A stretch of 64,000 bases of DNA from Chrysomallon squamiferum (lineage: Eukaryota > Animalia > Mollusca). A model generated the notes under the pieces. That model worked only from the letters and a program-made list of their open reading frames with translations. It was not told the DNA's origin and did no database searches. The stretch is taken from positions 24,242,001-24,306,000 of the forward strand of contig CM022665.1 in the NCBI GenBank assembly GCA_012295275.1. Reading direction: 5' to 3'. The translations under genes were made by a program, and so were the position numbers. Below, piece by piece: positions 42,739 through 57,748 of this stretch; the stretch's first letter is position 1, and each line of letters opens with the position of its first letter.

Positions 42739-43255
42739 TATACTATATATAGATATATAGTGTACTATTTATATATACATGTGTGTGTGTGATTGTATGT
42801 GTATACACTTATGCATTTATGCATATATAATGTTTAAAACATATTCTCGATACATTTCATTAACTAACCAAATTCTTTGTTTTATCACTTCGGGCATCAG
42901 TCTCCCTCTGTTTTCAAGAAATCTACACCCTGCTTTTTACTGCACTAACCAGCTTTTACATTTTTTTTTTATATACATATTCCATCTGAAAGGCAATTTT
43001 CAGCTAAACTGCATGCTGTTAATATTTACTGTATCTGTAGTTGGTTCTCAGCAAGCCAGCAAGATAAAACTCCAAAATACACACAGCATTACAGCCTCTT
43101 GTCTTGTGGTGATTTGGAATCCTTATACTTCTTAAATAATAATCTAAACTGACATCTAAATATCTATTGTTTTTCATAAGAACAGCATAAATTTATAGTC
43201 TGTGGTAAAATAAGCAGTTAAAAAATCTACTAGAATGTATTCATGCATGTGTCAG

Positions 43256-43257
43256 AA

Positions 43258-43325
<68 letters not shown>

Positions 43326-43346
43326 CACATACATACATACATACAT
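43256..43346. repeat. (CA)n/(CATA)n microsatellite
   Basis: Direct reading. Confidence 0.95.
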
Positions 43347-43741
43347 AGACAGATAAACATATATATTTAAATACACATAATCAAGTACACTCTCTCATAT
43401 ACTTTATATTCATATCTGTGTACTCTCCAAACATGCCTGTACCTCTCAAAATAAACACAAATGCACACATACACCTGAAGATACAAATGTATGCATATAC
43501 ATGTAAACAAATATATTTATCTTTATTCTTTATACTTTACCTCTACATATAACCCATTCTTCTTAATACTAAACATACAACTCACCCCAAACTATCTTAA
43601 TCACTACCTCTAACATAAATATTATATGACAGTAACATTACAGTTTAAGATATGCTAGTAAGCATTAAGGGACACACACGCACACAAACACACAAATACA
43701 AACACAAACATGCAGAAACATTTTCGCTATTTCAGCAGCTA

Positions 43742-44122
43742 TCATACAGCCCATACAATTTAATATAAAACACCCCAGAACCTCTGAGATACAAAATAAT
43801 AATATTTAAGATGTCAGAATAAATAGTAACACACATACACATTCAGATAACATTATACACAGACATTTACACTTAATACTGCATCACCACATATTAGCCA
43901 TATAATTTAATATTAAACATCCCACAATCTCCATCTACCTTCACCACACCTTTTGAGATAAGCAAATAAAAATACAGTAATCAGTTTAAGATATCAAAAT
44001 AAACATTTACCAGCTATAATCTATAGCTCATCCTGACATACAGCCTATTCAGTTTAATTATAAAACACCCCAGAATTTCCATCTACCTTCACCACCACCT
44101 CTGAGACATAAGATAATAATAC
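43742..44122. repeat. Diverged tandem repeat of about 150 bp, three copies
   Basis: cagcc.at.caatttaat.ataaaacaccccagaa...tgagata...aataa occurs three times. Confidence 0.75.
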
Positions 44123-44840
44123 TACTGCCTACTGTACAACACTGTTTTGTTGATTACTCCAATGGTACTGAATCCTGGCCCAGCCAAATCACATGACCTA
44201 CACTCAGGATTCATTGAGCACCATAATTTGGTTCCTGGACTAGTCCATAGCTGCACTGTAGAGTTTCCTCGTGCTATACGACTATACACAGTGGCAGTCT
44301 CTACCAGACCAGTGTGTGCATAGGTTCTGGGGCAACATTTTCTGACTGGACTAACTTTTATCTTTCTCTGTCACCACACTATGGTAGACTTGGGGATACT
44401 AATTTTTGCTGAGTACCAGATAACAGAATGAATAAGTGAGTGAATGTTTTTTTATAAAAAATTTTTATATATATATATCTATTAATTGTTGTTACTTTTG
44501 TTTTTAAAAGGTGTTAACATATAAGCTTTTATATATATATATGTTTTATGATTCTGTTTATTTTTATAATGTGCAGTAAATTATTTTTGTTTGTTAATTT
44601 TATATTATTATCATTTATTGATTTTGATATACTTTTTTTTCCCAAAAATATGTGATATTCATTTCTTTTTTTTTTATCATTTATTTAGTCATCCAATTTT
44701 TCAAGGTGTTCTAGCATACATTTTGTTAATTTATTTATTGATTATTTTTATTTAATTTTCATGTTTTAATCTGTTGCAGAATAAATAGTTAGTAATGATA
44801 CATTTTTTCACCTATCTCTCCCACCTTCATTCCCTTCCTT

Positions 44841-44846
<6 letters not shown>

Positions 44847-44916
<70 letters not shown>

Positions 44917-45030
44917 AAAATAAAAACAAAGCTTCAAATATTTTATCTTTTTCTCATTCTTATGTTCTCTCTCTCTCTCTCTCTTTCTCACTCTCTCTCT
45001 CCCTCTCTCTCTCCCTCCCTCCTCTCTTCC
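44847..45030. repeat. (CT)n microsatellites
   Basis: Direct reading. Confidence 0.9.
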
Positions 45031-47026
45031 ATTCTGTTTCTCTGTTCTCTATTATCTGTTTCAAATGATGAGAACAACCGTGTTCTTGCAGTGGACTTGT
45101 TATACAGGTGTTTTGATCGATGTAGAGTTTTTGCAATTATTGACTGCTTCAGAAATACAAGCAAACCTTTTAGCTCTGCTTATTGCACTTCACAAATATA
45201 TAATTGACGTTACCGATAATGTGGCATGGCTCTTGCTTCTTTTACATTGTTTATAAACAAATAGATTTTTTTATATTAATGTTTCTTTTTCCTTCATGGT
45301 TGAAATTGTATACTGAATGCATTAGATGTTTTTCCTTTTTTTTTTTTTTTTTTTTTACACATATATAAATGATAGAAATGCAATTATAAAATTTAAGATG
45401 ATGCAGGTGTGCATATGTATGCCTTTTTCACAGTGTGTATTTTTTACTGAATATGTTTATATCTATATGTCAATATTTGTGTCTATATCTGTGTGTATAT
45501 CCATTTGTGAATATGTGTTTAGACAGATTAGTAACAATGATGTCTTTTTCATCAATATTGTTTCATCAAAAATTAATTTGATGCTTTAGCTTCAAACAGC
45601 CTCACAGTCTAAAAATAAAATAAAAATATTTGTATATGATCAGCTAAAAATATAAAGACAAGAAATTAATAATTAAGTTTTTTGACATTTTTAAAATCTT
45701 TAATTATAAAATTATAAATATTGTGAAGTACCTAAGTTACAGTAGAACTAAATTATAATTATGCTACTTTGTTAGAAATGTTAAGAAGTAATTATTAATC
45801 ACAAACCCTTTTACTGAAATGTTTAATTTAAGAATTTATAATTCAAGAAACACCAATAAGATTGACAATTTACTTACAGCTAAGAATATAAATGAATTTA
45901 CAACTATGTCATACATTTTTTAAAAGCAATTAAATACAACAAAAACCTAAGTCTATCACCTTTCTTAGTTATTAAATTATGGTTAAACGTTTAAGATAGC
46001 ATAACAGATACTATTAGGTTACATGTTATTGTGTATTTTAATATTATAGAATGTGGCCAAACCTGCTGTTGTATCCATATTAATATAACAGCATCATGTC
46101 TACAGTGTTTGTCTTGAGAGGTTTCTCTCAGGAATTTTGACAGCCACTTTTTCCAAGTTTTTTAGTGCTGTCACAGGCATGTTTAACTGTATAAGGTTTC
46201 ATCTATGAAGTATGTTTATATGTATTAAGAAACTATTTCCTTTCTAGTGTTCCCACCATACCTGTATTCTTTCATCTATATGACCAGGTATGAGGCAGAC
46301 ATTAAAACCCTCATCATCCTTTTTAAATAATGGAGTCAGTTTTCTTTGAATTCTTACATGTACATATGTATACATCTGTTCATCTGACCTTTTTTGTTCT
46401 CTTACTTTTCTTACTTTTATGATGTAAACGTTTGTGCATGATGTTTTTTTTTTCTTTCTCTCTACCATATATATCCTTCAGACTCTTTCATTCAGTGTCT
46501 TTCTTTTTCTCTCACTCTCACTCTGTCTTATAGCATTTCTTGACTCTTATTATCTCCTTTAATCTTTCTTTCACTCTTTTTCCTTTCCCTCATTTCTCAT
46601 TTTCAAACACACACACCCACACGCATAGACATTTCAATATAATTTCTTGAAGCTACAAATCTTTTTAAAAAAAAAGTAGAAAATAAATTGAATAAATAAG
46701 ATAAAAGCCTAAGCAATCCAAAAGATTACGATTTCATAATTCCACATTTATCCTTTCAAATAATGGATTATTCCTCAATCTTTGATTTCCCAGTTACTCT
46801 TTGGGTGATGACAAAAAATTACAGGATAAGCTCCCTTCTCTGTTGATAGTCGGTGGGTCGACCAAGGTGGTAAAAGCCTTCGACTGGGCATTAATCACAG
46901 CTGATCGGAAAAGCCATCCCAAGCACATATTGATCAGGTCTGCCAAGCTCCTGTGTGCTACGGAAGATACAGCTTCAGAGATAATGAATCCAATTTAGTA
47001 CCAAGCGGCCCCACTCAACACATATA

Positions 47027-47200
47027 TACACTGTGAATTGAGATATACATAATGGGTTGATATGTACATTATGTACTGATGTATAAATTGTGGACTGATA
47101 TATACATTAAAGACTGATATATACATATATGTTATGGGCTGATGTATACTTTATGGATTGCTTTATGGATTGATATTTGTATATATGTAGACTAATATAT
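47027..47200. repeat. Degenerate minisatellite of about 18-19 bp
   Basis: Repeated tggactgatatatacatta variants. Confidence 0.7.
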
Positions 47201-47958
47201 ATATATATATATATATACACAGATATCTATTGTCACAGTTATAGGTTGAGTTGTATTTTGTTTATCCAGTTTTCTTGAATAAAGATTTTGTGTTACAGAT
47301 TTGTCATTGATACAGTGTTATTAATAATAGACATAAAGAATTAATAGCTTTGTTTTTGTTTTTTTAAATTAGTGTATAAGATACAAATATAAAATAATTT
47401 CTTTTAAAGTTCAATTATAAATTCTGAGTTATCTTTGAAGAAAGGTTGAGGGTTTATTATATGAAATTATTTTTTTTTTTTTTTTTTTTTTTTGCAAAGA
47501 GGGTTGTTAGCTTCTGTTTGGATTTTTCTCTATTTTTTTTAGTTTTATTTTGCAGTTTTTGACTCATGATTATTTTATGTACAGTTTATGAATTTCCAAG
47601 TAGGCTATAATTAGTTACATTTATCATAATCATAGTTAGTATGTTAATTGTGCTGCAACCTTATATTATTATTTAATAATAAGAAATATCATTATAATTG
47701 CTTTCTTTTCTGGCTTAGGACATTTTTAAAACAATTTTGAGATTTTGTTTTTCATTTTTTGAATTATTAATCATAAAGCTGAAGAATTTTTTTTCTTTCT
47801 TTTTATATTTTTCTATAATGAATTTGTAAACTGTAATTTCAATAAATGTTTGAGAGGGAATAATGATGAGATTAAAACAAAAGACAAGGATTATGCTGTT
47901 GTCCATATTCTAGATGAACATTAACATTAAACCAAAGAACCATCATATGAAGATGATA

Positions 47959-48100
47959 TGACCAGTGGTTGACCAAAACTATCAGTTTACCAATTTTAGA
48001 ACAAAACAAAACCAGTAGTTTGACCAGTGCCAATGTCAGAACAAGACCAGTAATGTACCAATGCCACTATTACAGATTGACCACTAGTTGACCAATGACC
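47959..48100. repeat. Degenerate GACCA-rich repeat
   Basis: gaccagtggttgacca, aaccagtagtttgaccagtgcc, gaccagtaatgtaccaatgcc, gaccactagttgaccaatgacc. Confidence 0.6.
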
Positions 48101-49967
48101 GTGTTTCAGCAGGATCAAAGCCATTAAGAATTCTCACAATGGTGTAAGGAGTCATTATTCTAGACTAAAGGACATACCAAAATAAAAAGCATAATTAACA
48201 ATTCTGTTAAAGCTATTAACCACAGCGACATTGGAAAATGTATTTTAAATTGATTCATGATGGCTGCCTGGTTTTCATTTTGTCCAATGAACAAATATTA
48301 AACAGTTTTCTAAATACTGTCTAGACATATAATAGCACTGGTATTTCACTAATAGTTATGAATATTCATCTGATCTTTGTACATTTCACAAACACCAGTT
48401 CTAAGACAGATCTGTCTGGTGTCTTTGCTATGCTGTTATTTTGAATGACACGATATTTGTAATAATGATCAAGAAATGCATAATCAAAGAGAAGTGATTG
48501 AATTAGGGTTAAAAAAAAAGAAGAAGAAAATGAATAATGCAGAAGAGGTGAATTAATACCTTTATAAGCCATATATTTTGAAACATTATTAATTATAAAA
48601 TGAAATCAGTTGGATCAAGAAATGAAAAAAGCAAAGAATGACTGAATGAATATCTTTACATGCCATACAATTAGTTAATTATGAAATGAATATTTATTAT
48701 TTCAAAACATTTAATTAATAAATGCCAGTTATGCTTTCTTTTATAAGTATATCCTTTGAAATTCAATGAACAAAATTAAAAAGTAACTGCATACACATAC
48801 ATTCTAGTAATGTAACTTCTTAAAATCTTTTTTCATACAATGTCTTCATCTCTGCTGTTATTATTTTTGTAATTAACTGAATAAAATTAACAAATAAGAA
48901 TACCAGTGCATGTATTTCTTCTTCAAGCAAGAATATCATCTTTGCTATTATTTTTTGTTCCAGTTCTTATAATATGTTCTCACCACTTCGGGACCACAAA
49001 GTTCACATCATATTGTACCTGGGGTTAACTATGCACTGAAAAGTTAACAATAATTATATACAGACACATAAATATTCCATGTTCACAGAATGGTAAATGC
49101 AAATAGAACAATTCCTAGGAGACTCGTTAGTTAATTATAAGGCATTTATTCTCTGCAAATGTTTCTACGAAATGTCATGCAAGACCAGCTTATGATTATA
49201 AAATTTTAAATTCATAGTTAGCATCATTTTTTTTCATAGGAAACATTTTTAATAATTATATCTAAAATACCCTCTGATGGCAGTCTTACATGAAAATAGT
49301 CATGATTAATTTATAATACATTTTATTCGTAATCCCACTGATGAAGGATATCTCCTTACAAACAAGTCTGCATGCATTCATTATATAATTCTTATTAATA
49401 TGTCACCCATGTAATAAAATCATTTAGTGATGTTAAAATATCTTCCAGTGGAACTGTTTCAGTAAAAGCTACTAATTTGACTAGACATGAATTCTACTAA
49501 TGAAATTTGCAACTGTTGCAAAACCTCAGGGATATACTGATGATCTAAATGTATGATAAAATTATCAGTTTTGACATATCACTGAATCAGTTTTGTATTC
49601 AGATTACTCCAATGGGAGTTGTGCTATGGAAAGAATTTGTATCACTTATCATCTATACATACAAACAAAAAAGGTATGAATGCAGAAAGATTGCTGTCAC
49701 AGTTCAGTGGTTCAGGTATATCAAATTTTTACCTGGCATTTATTGGTTGCAGAAAATTGATTTTCTTAAAAAACAATTTTAAAAATGTTTTAGTTTTGTA
49801 ACAATTAATTATCTTTCACTGGGAATGTAAAGTTCATAGATTTGAAAATGCATAGCTAGCTTGATTCCCATTAGTATTAACATAAATTTAAAGTAATGAT
49901 AGAACTAAAATATAGTAATGGTAAATATAGGGTATTGTAATCTTAAAAATAGACTGGAATATTACCT

Positions 49968-50022
49968 GTTAGCTTAGTTGGTAGAGGTCTGGTTTTCAAT
50001 CCAAGGATTTCATTTCAAATAT
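49968..50022 (+). mobile_element. tRNA-like head remnant (SINE or tRNA pseudogene)
   Basis: tagcttagttggtagag is A-box/D-arm-like. The B-box is degenerate (atttcaaat) and there is no intact cloverleaf. Confidence 0.35.
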
Positions 50023-51984
50023 TTGTATTGGAGGTTGATTGAAATGCTGAGATAATGGAACTATGAATCTTATCCAGATTCTTTATTTTTTTTTATTTTT
50101 TTTTCTCCAGATTTTTATATTGTTTTCTTCTTCTTTATAAAATTACAGTTATATATTAGCCATTTATGGTTTCTCCTAAGAAAGAGACAATATCAGAACA
50201 CAAGAATCTAAACACCAGCTGTTTAGTTAAATTAAACAGCATTTGCCATGATAGACACAAATTTCATGTATAATGCAACAAGCATTAGAATTATAGATCA
50301 AAATGTTTTCCACTGTAAAATGTCAAATAAATAAATCCCATGTATTCATTTGACATTCTTCATGTTCTTATTTATATATACAACACGTATGTATTTTATT
50401 ACAGTATAAGATATTATCACAACTTTTACATTACGTTATCAAATAAATCAATTACATTTATTTTACATAGATACATGTTGTGTATGTGCATCAAATTTAC
50501 TTTTATTACATTTTTATTTACACATAAAACTTTATTATTACATTACTCATTGTTTTCAAGACTCCATTAAAGTTATCACTACTGGTTTTTTTTTTTTATG
50601 AATCAATTTTTGATGCATGAAAAATCTATTTTCATATTAAACCTCATTTTCTGCTGTGGTGAAAATTCCTGTTACTCTGTAACAGCATGCATCAAGTGTG
50701 TTCATCTTGTAAAGCAGACCAGAACCACACCGAGGCATGCCAGGCAATGCATGGAAATGCACGGCAATGCATGGCAAGGCAGGGGATGGCGTTAATGGGA
50801 TGTGAATGCCGCCAGCATATTGAGGAAACTGTCTGCTGATCCATCAGTGATTTTGACATTGTCAATGGAGAATTAATCTGCTGTACAAGCTCATCCCATT
50901 AACATGTCTGATTTCCTCATGAAAAAAAAAAAAAAAAACATTTTGCCTTCCCAAGTTTGCAAATGTGAGGAAGTAGTATCCCGTGCATGTCAGAGGGAAA
51001 GTGGCACTAACACGTTTGCCTGCAAGAGTGTGCTCCAGTCTTGAAAGGGTTTCATAGTACAGACCAACCAAGTCCAATTACTCACATACAAGCTCTTAGA
51101 GTGATCCGCTCTTTGCTTGGAGGGTAATAAAATGTGAATCATTGCTATGATTATTGTGATATTATAAAAGTCTTCTCAGATCTACATTTTATAACTGATG
51201 ATTCATTGAGGTCATGGTTAGAGGGTTTCATTAATGGAACCAGGTTTTTGTGTATTTTGTTTTGATTTGTACATCTTCTAACCTTAAATTTTATCAAACT
51301 AATCTTACTAGCAATAACTGATAGAGGAAAGATGTTATAACCTAACTCATTTTATTTTAATATTTTATTTATTATTAAGAATTTTTATTTATATCTTATA
51401 TAATAATATTTATTTATTTATTTATAACAGTTTCTAAATCTATATCTTTTGTTTATATTAACTAAATCAGAACTAATGTTTTAAATGTAATAAATTATAG
51501 AAATAATATTCTTAAAGCAAAGACCCAAGCAAAACTAAAACAGTAATAAAATCACATTGATTTCATTTATTATTTTATTATGAAATATTGTACATAATAG
51601 TCTAATAATATTATTATGGTTATTCCTGGTGTCATATAGTTCAATTTAAGAATATTATAATTAACACACAGTAACAGCACAAGTCTATCTGATAACAAAT
51701 AAAGCTTTCAATATTTCACTTAAACAGGCTTTTAACAGTATTCTCCATATTCACAAAATATATTCTATGCCAAAATTATCACATGTTTTTAATTTAGTTT
51801 GCTGTTAAGTTATTTTCATTATAAACCTTTGAATCTTTCTGCAAACAACAAGCAAACAACAAAAACAAGCAAAAGAAAAGAACAAAAAAGATTCAAAATG
51901 TGTTTTAAATTAAAATAATGAGATCTGGAACATAAATTGTTTCTACTGCTGACATTTTAATACTATTAAACCAGTGCACTGAAA

Positions 51985-52335
51985 TTGTATATTCTGTATA
52001 ACTAATTATTTTTTAAAATGCTATATTCTGTACAACTAATTATAAAAAATATTGTAGTCTATACAACTTATTATCAAAAATGCTATATTCTACACAAGTA
52101 ATTATAAATAACAATATCTTCTGTACAGCTAATTTTTAAACAAGCTACATTCTCTACAACTAATTATCAGAATGTCATCTTCTGTTCAACTAATTATCAA
52201 AAATACTGTGTTGTGTACAATTAATCGTCAAAAATGCTATATTCTCTAAAAAATAGAGTATTATATTCATATAATACTTACAAAAAATGGTATGTTCTGT
52301 ACAATTAATTGTCTGAAGTACTGTCTTCTGCATTA
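51985..52335. repeat. Minisatellite of about 31 bp, about 11 diverged copies
   Basis: Consensus close to tgctatattctgtacaactaattatcaaaaa. Confidence 0.85.
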
Positions 52336-53615
52336 ACAGTTAACAGCTGCACTAATGTATTGTGTGTTAAATGACAGTGCAGGCAGTGAATAAAGAAGAC
52401 AGAGATTTGGAGTATTGTATGTGGTTGGTCCCCTGACAAGCACAAACAACTGACAGTATGTAAACATGATGTGCAGAATTGATGAACATATGTTTCATGT
52501 TTACTTGCAAAAATTCTTTCTTCAATTCAATTTACAGACATTTTTTCTTCTGCATGTTGCAGAGCAAAATTTATTAACAGAGAAAGAGAAAAAAAATAAT
52601 TTAAAAATTGAGTTTGGGATTGTTAAGCCATGTTGCTGCACTTAAATAATCACATATGCTTGGATTAGTTTGGTATTAAAATGAAATTACCAAGTTAATG
52701 TTAAGCAGTTTTGTCAGGTAAAAGGTGCAGTGTAGTGTAAAAAGATGAAAAGAAGAACTAATTATCACTTGTATTTGTGCTTACAGTTAACTAAGGTTCA
52801 CATATGCTGCTCTTGGCATTTCAACTTGTGCTTGGATTATTAAAGATTACTACATTAATATTGCTTCAAAAATAATGATATTTCTGTCAAATGCACTGTT
52901 ACAAGGGCATTAAGAACACAGTTATATATCTAACTGTTTAGAGACTTTGCAACATATACTATAATTTATATTTATAATAATTCAGAATTAGGGCAACACA
53001 TAACATGTATATTTAAGTAACAATACCAAATAGTGATTTAGAATTAACATGTCAGCATATTAGCACCAGTGAAGTCATTAAAATTAAAAATTAAATTAAA
53101 ATCTAATGCTAACACAAAAAAAATATTTAGGTAAATTTAAAGTGTGTTATAAACTATTAATTCATTTCTCATACTTTATGAATATTGCTTGTTCTTTAAA
53201 TTTTAATTTTTTTATTAGAAGCCTGTTGTACTCAAACATTTTCAGTTATTTATTCAATAATTCTAATCTTAACTTAAATAAATGCTAAGCTTTCATAAGT
53301 ATAAATTATTTAGTACTGGCGTAAAGAAAGGAACAAGGCATGAATGATAATAGAAATTTTGTCATGTTAACAGATCAGTCTGCTGATTGTTTTTCACCTT
53401 TTATGACAAAGTGTTATGGTATATGCTATCCTGACAGACAAACGTAATCTAAGCATCAAGGTTGTCTGAATTACATCAACAACTTGTTATTTTCATCTTT
53501 CAGACGAAGAAACTAGAAATCTTATTAGTAAATGACAGAAGAAGTGTCAATTTTGATATTTTCCTTCATTTATCCTCTTTATTGAAAAAAAAAAAAAATG
53601 AAAAATAAATCACTG

Positions 53616-53652
<37 letters not shown>

Positions 53653-55639
53653 TATGCTCCTGAAAGAAAAAGAAGTAAAAAAAAAAATAAAAAGGTATTT
53701 TCAAGTTTCATCTGACTGACAGAATGGGGAGAGGAGGCCATCTTGATAAGTGTTAGTTACACTATCATGCACACATCTGATAGAGCCTGTCACTGCCAAA
53801 GATTCCCCATGATGATTGCAACAAGTTGGTGCCCAATGATTTTCTTTTTCTCTCTCCCCATCATCCAGTCATTCTCTTTTTTTCTTCTTCATCATTTCTC
53901 CATACCACTGACATCTTTTCTCTCCCACTCTCAGCTTTTCTCTACTTCTTCTGTTCTCCCCATTCCATTGCTGTTTTTCAGTCCCCCATCACATTCTCTT
54001 CTATTCTTTCTTCTTAGTATCACACTAGTTTTTCTTCTCCCCTGTCATCCAATCTTCTATTCCTCTCTCCCACTCTTTTCTTCTCTCCCCCATCCCCACC
54101 TAACTCTTCTTCATCTATCAACCCACAGGTTTCATGCATTGTTGTGTTAATAAGCCTTAGCATTGCAAACATTTATATTTTAAGTAACTGACAAACAGAA
54201 CATGAGTTGATAAATGTTTGTAGGTTTACTATCTATATTTCATAACATCTTTCTGATAAGTCGGGGCAGAATGTCAATTCATCAGAGTTGATGTAGGTAC
54301 ATGTTATTTTTATCAAGCTTTGTTCTTTTACTTATTTTTTTAACCATTTATTTTAATATTTGTTTATTTTAGATTTATTTATTTATTTTAGATTAGTTTA
54401 TGTTATTTATTTATTTGTTATTTATTATTATTGCTATTATTATTATTATTATTATTATTTATTTATTTATTTTGTCAGAATTATTTTATTTTGTGAAGTT
54501 TAGATAAATAAAAAAAAAATTATTTTTATTTTTAAAACATATGATTTATTATTCATTATCTATTACTATAATTATTATCTTTTTAATATGTATAGTATGC
54601 ATGTTCAGTATACTTTTTTTTATTGTGATAGCATATATTTATTATCAAATGAGATGTAGACTGCAAGGTTGTCCTGCTGCAGTATTTAATACTTCAACTA
54701 CCATATCACATTTCACTGATGGAATAAAACCACCATTGATTAAAATGTTTTTAGTAATTGGTGTCGAAATTACCAGAATTGCCATCAGTTAATGCCTTTT
54801 TATTTTCCACTTTTCTATAATCATCTCATTAATTTTTTTTCCAATTTTTCCCTTTTTTTATTTTTTTATTTTTTTAAATTTTTTTTGGTTTAAGCAAAAT
54901 GTTGTTTCCTTATTCTTCTCATTGCCTCAAATGATTGTACAAAGTTTTCAGTATAATAATAAATTGACTCTAATTAACTCATGTATTTACTGGGAATCAG
55001 TCACAACAGATCCACTGAGACACGTGAGAATTGTTTCAGGATAAATTCGTTGGTTATAGATTAAGGCAAACTATAATAGATTTCTGGCTGGAAACTCAAA
55101 CCGACACTTGGTCAATAAATCAATAAGAACAACGCTATTTGTTACGGGGATGTCAACGGCACACTCCATCTTTCATTGTAATAGCAAAACTGAATCAAAG
55201 AGGATTAATTCGGGATTCCTATCAGGGGATAAATGTTGTTGAGGTGTTACATTATCTACCTGTTCATCTATATTTAATTTTATTATTTAACGCTCCACTG
55301 ATCACCTGTGCATGCATAAAGTTCTGCTTGCAGAATTAAGTCATATATGTTATAGTGGATGTGTATTGTTAAACCCATTCCACCAAATGCTTTAAGACTT
55401 TCTTTTCAATCACAACCAGAGGTACATTTATTTTTTATTTATTGTTATTTTTTCATTATTATTGTTATTTGTAATTTTTTCTTTTTTTTTTCTTTTTGTA
55501 AAGCCATATAGTAGATACAATGTTATTGTTTGGGTTTTTCACATTTCAAAAGATATCAGGCATCATTATTTTTGCATTTGTCTTTTTTTTTTTTTTTTTT
55601 TTTATTTTTTTATTTTTTTTTACCTATAGATATATCAGA

Positions 55640-55745
55640 ATAGGAACCTACTGCTGTTATTACATGACCTATTCTTATCAGTTACTAGCAGCAAGTGTTC
55701 TTTTATATGCACCTTCTTACAGACTTATGGAAATCTTTGACAGTT
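55640..55745 (-). mobile_element. SINE-like core fragment
   Basis: aggaacctactgctg...tagcagcaagtgttcttttatatgcaccttcttacagac, homologous to 9860-9950. Confidence 0.5.
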
Positions 55746-57748
55746 AACTACTCTGGAACATCTTATTTATTGCTGTCCAGAATCAAGCAAGTGAAAAATT
55801 ACGAAACACTGGCTGGGTCTTTTTGTATTGGAGAGGAAATAATATAGGAATCTTTTTTTTTTTTTTTTTAATTTTTAATTTAATAAATTTTTAAACCAAG
55901 AAAAAAAAACGCAAATATATCATAAAGAAAGAAGAAAGATCAATACTGTTTGTGGGGATGTTTTAAATTCCTCTCCGTTCTTCAAACTGTTTGACTTAAA
56001 GAGAGCAGAAAACCATCTTGATTTACTGAACAGTCTAAACATCTTGTCAAAGGCATCTGTCTTTATCAGTCTCTGGAGTTTTGTAGGGAACTACAAGTGA
56101 AATGTTGAAAATATATGTAGCAAAAAAAAACAAAAAAAAAACAAAAAAAAATATTATGGCAGATTCCTTAGCTAAGTTTTCCAGTTGTTTGAATTTCTTT
56201 ATTGTAGCAACTTTGCCATATGTGCTTAAGTTATCCAAAATATTTTCAGTAAAATGATTTCAGATTTGGTGATATGTTCATTAAAATGGTGACTGTGGAT
56301 TATTATTATTATTACCATCGTCATCATCATCATCATTATTATTATATTTTATTATTATTATTATTATTATTATTAACTAATCTGTAATATTAGAAACATA
56401 ATAAATATAAAAATACATCTCTGATTAAGTAATTAAGGCTATGTCATACTTACAATGAAATGAGTCTTCAGAAATAATATTTAAACAAATCTTTTATGAT
56501 TCTGTAAGAAGAAAAACAAATTAACTTAAATGGCCATCTTCATATGAATTGTTTAACAACTGTTTTTACAAATGTTGACAAAATAATTGTTTTCATATAC
56601 ACAGTGACAAAAAGTAATCATCAAAATAATGACTTTAATTCAAAAACCGTTGTTTTGGATTCTTTACTCAAATGATATTAATTATGGTATGTTTGTGTTA
56701 TTTCTGGTATGCTTCCATTATATGTATCAGATCAGTTGAAGATTGCTTCTTTTGATACAAATTCTAACTTCAGCAGAGAGTTTTGCTAATGGCAGGTGAA
56801 GTGATATTTATTCCCAATATTTGGTATAACCATAAAATGTTGACTTGATAGATGGGTTAGGTAAAATGTTTATTTTTTCATATTTTTCCAGTTGTTTGGT
56901 TCTGACAAGATGTTTAAAAATGTAATGATTCCAGAACACTTGAATATAACATTATGATTTATAGTTATAATAACATGACAAAACAAGAAACTATATTCTA
57001 TAGTGGAACTGGATATACCAATGCATAATTTATTTATTTTTTTTTTTTTTTTTTTAAGTAAAGATTTGTTGTTCCTGGAAACTTGTTTCCAAGGTGGAAA
57101 GTCTTTCACAGCAGATGGTTAAAAAAAAAAAAAAGATGTGAAATTTAATAAGAGATTTTGCATTAGCTCTTATATCTGTTTTGTATTTAAAAATTTAGTG
57201 AAAGAATTTAGTAAAAAAAAAAAAATAATAATAATAATAATATTCATAATAAATAAAATAAAATAAAATAAAATAATTAAAATAATATAAATGTGTGAAG
57301 ATAAAATAAGGGTTGTATTTATCAACTTTCTTGTTTTTGCTTAGTACCTGAAGTTTTAGTGTCAGTTAAGTTAATATTTTTGTTAGTGTTTAAACAGTAT
57401 CAGATAAATTAATAACTATTGCTATTGGTTGGTTAGTGAAGGAGTAGTTAGTTTTTTTTTTTTTTTTTTTTTTTTTTTACTCAGGTTATTTGTTTTGTTA
57501 TTGTGAAGTTTGAATGTACGTAAAATTGAAATTATTTTTTAAATTAAATTTCTTTCTCTGTTGTTGTGAAGTTACAGTTTAATACTGGGTAAAACAAAGA
57601 TTTTTAATCAAAATTACTTACTCTACTGCTGTGAAGTATCTCTTCAGTATAGAGCAAAACAGAGGTTATGTTTAACAAGAAGTTAATAACGCTGTTGTTA
57701 TTGCTTGGTGGGTGAAATTACAACAGTGCCAGGAATTTGCTCTTGTAT

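Noticed and set aside
46248-46287. Possible 40 bp cassette exon (tttctag|...CAG|GTATGA) or ATG ACC AG micro first exon
   Set aside because: As a cassette it shifts the frame. As a first exon it has a poor start context and no promoter motifs, so it cannot be told from chance.
51985-52335. 31 bp repeat (and the 34788 array) considered as CRISPR-like
   Set aside because: The units are head-to-tail and degenerate throughout, there are no unique spacers or cas genes, and the context is a eukaryotic intron.
53743-54150. 135 aa F/L/S/P-rich ORF
   Set aside because: Pyrimidine-rich low-complexity tract with a TTG start, no splice support and no recognisable domain.
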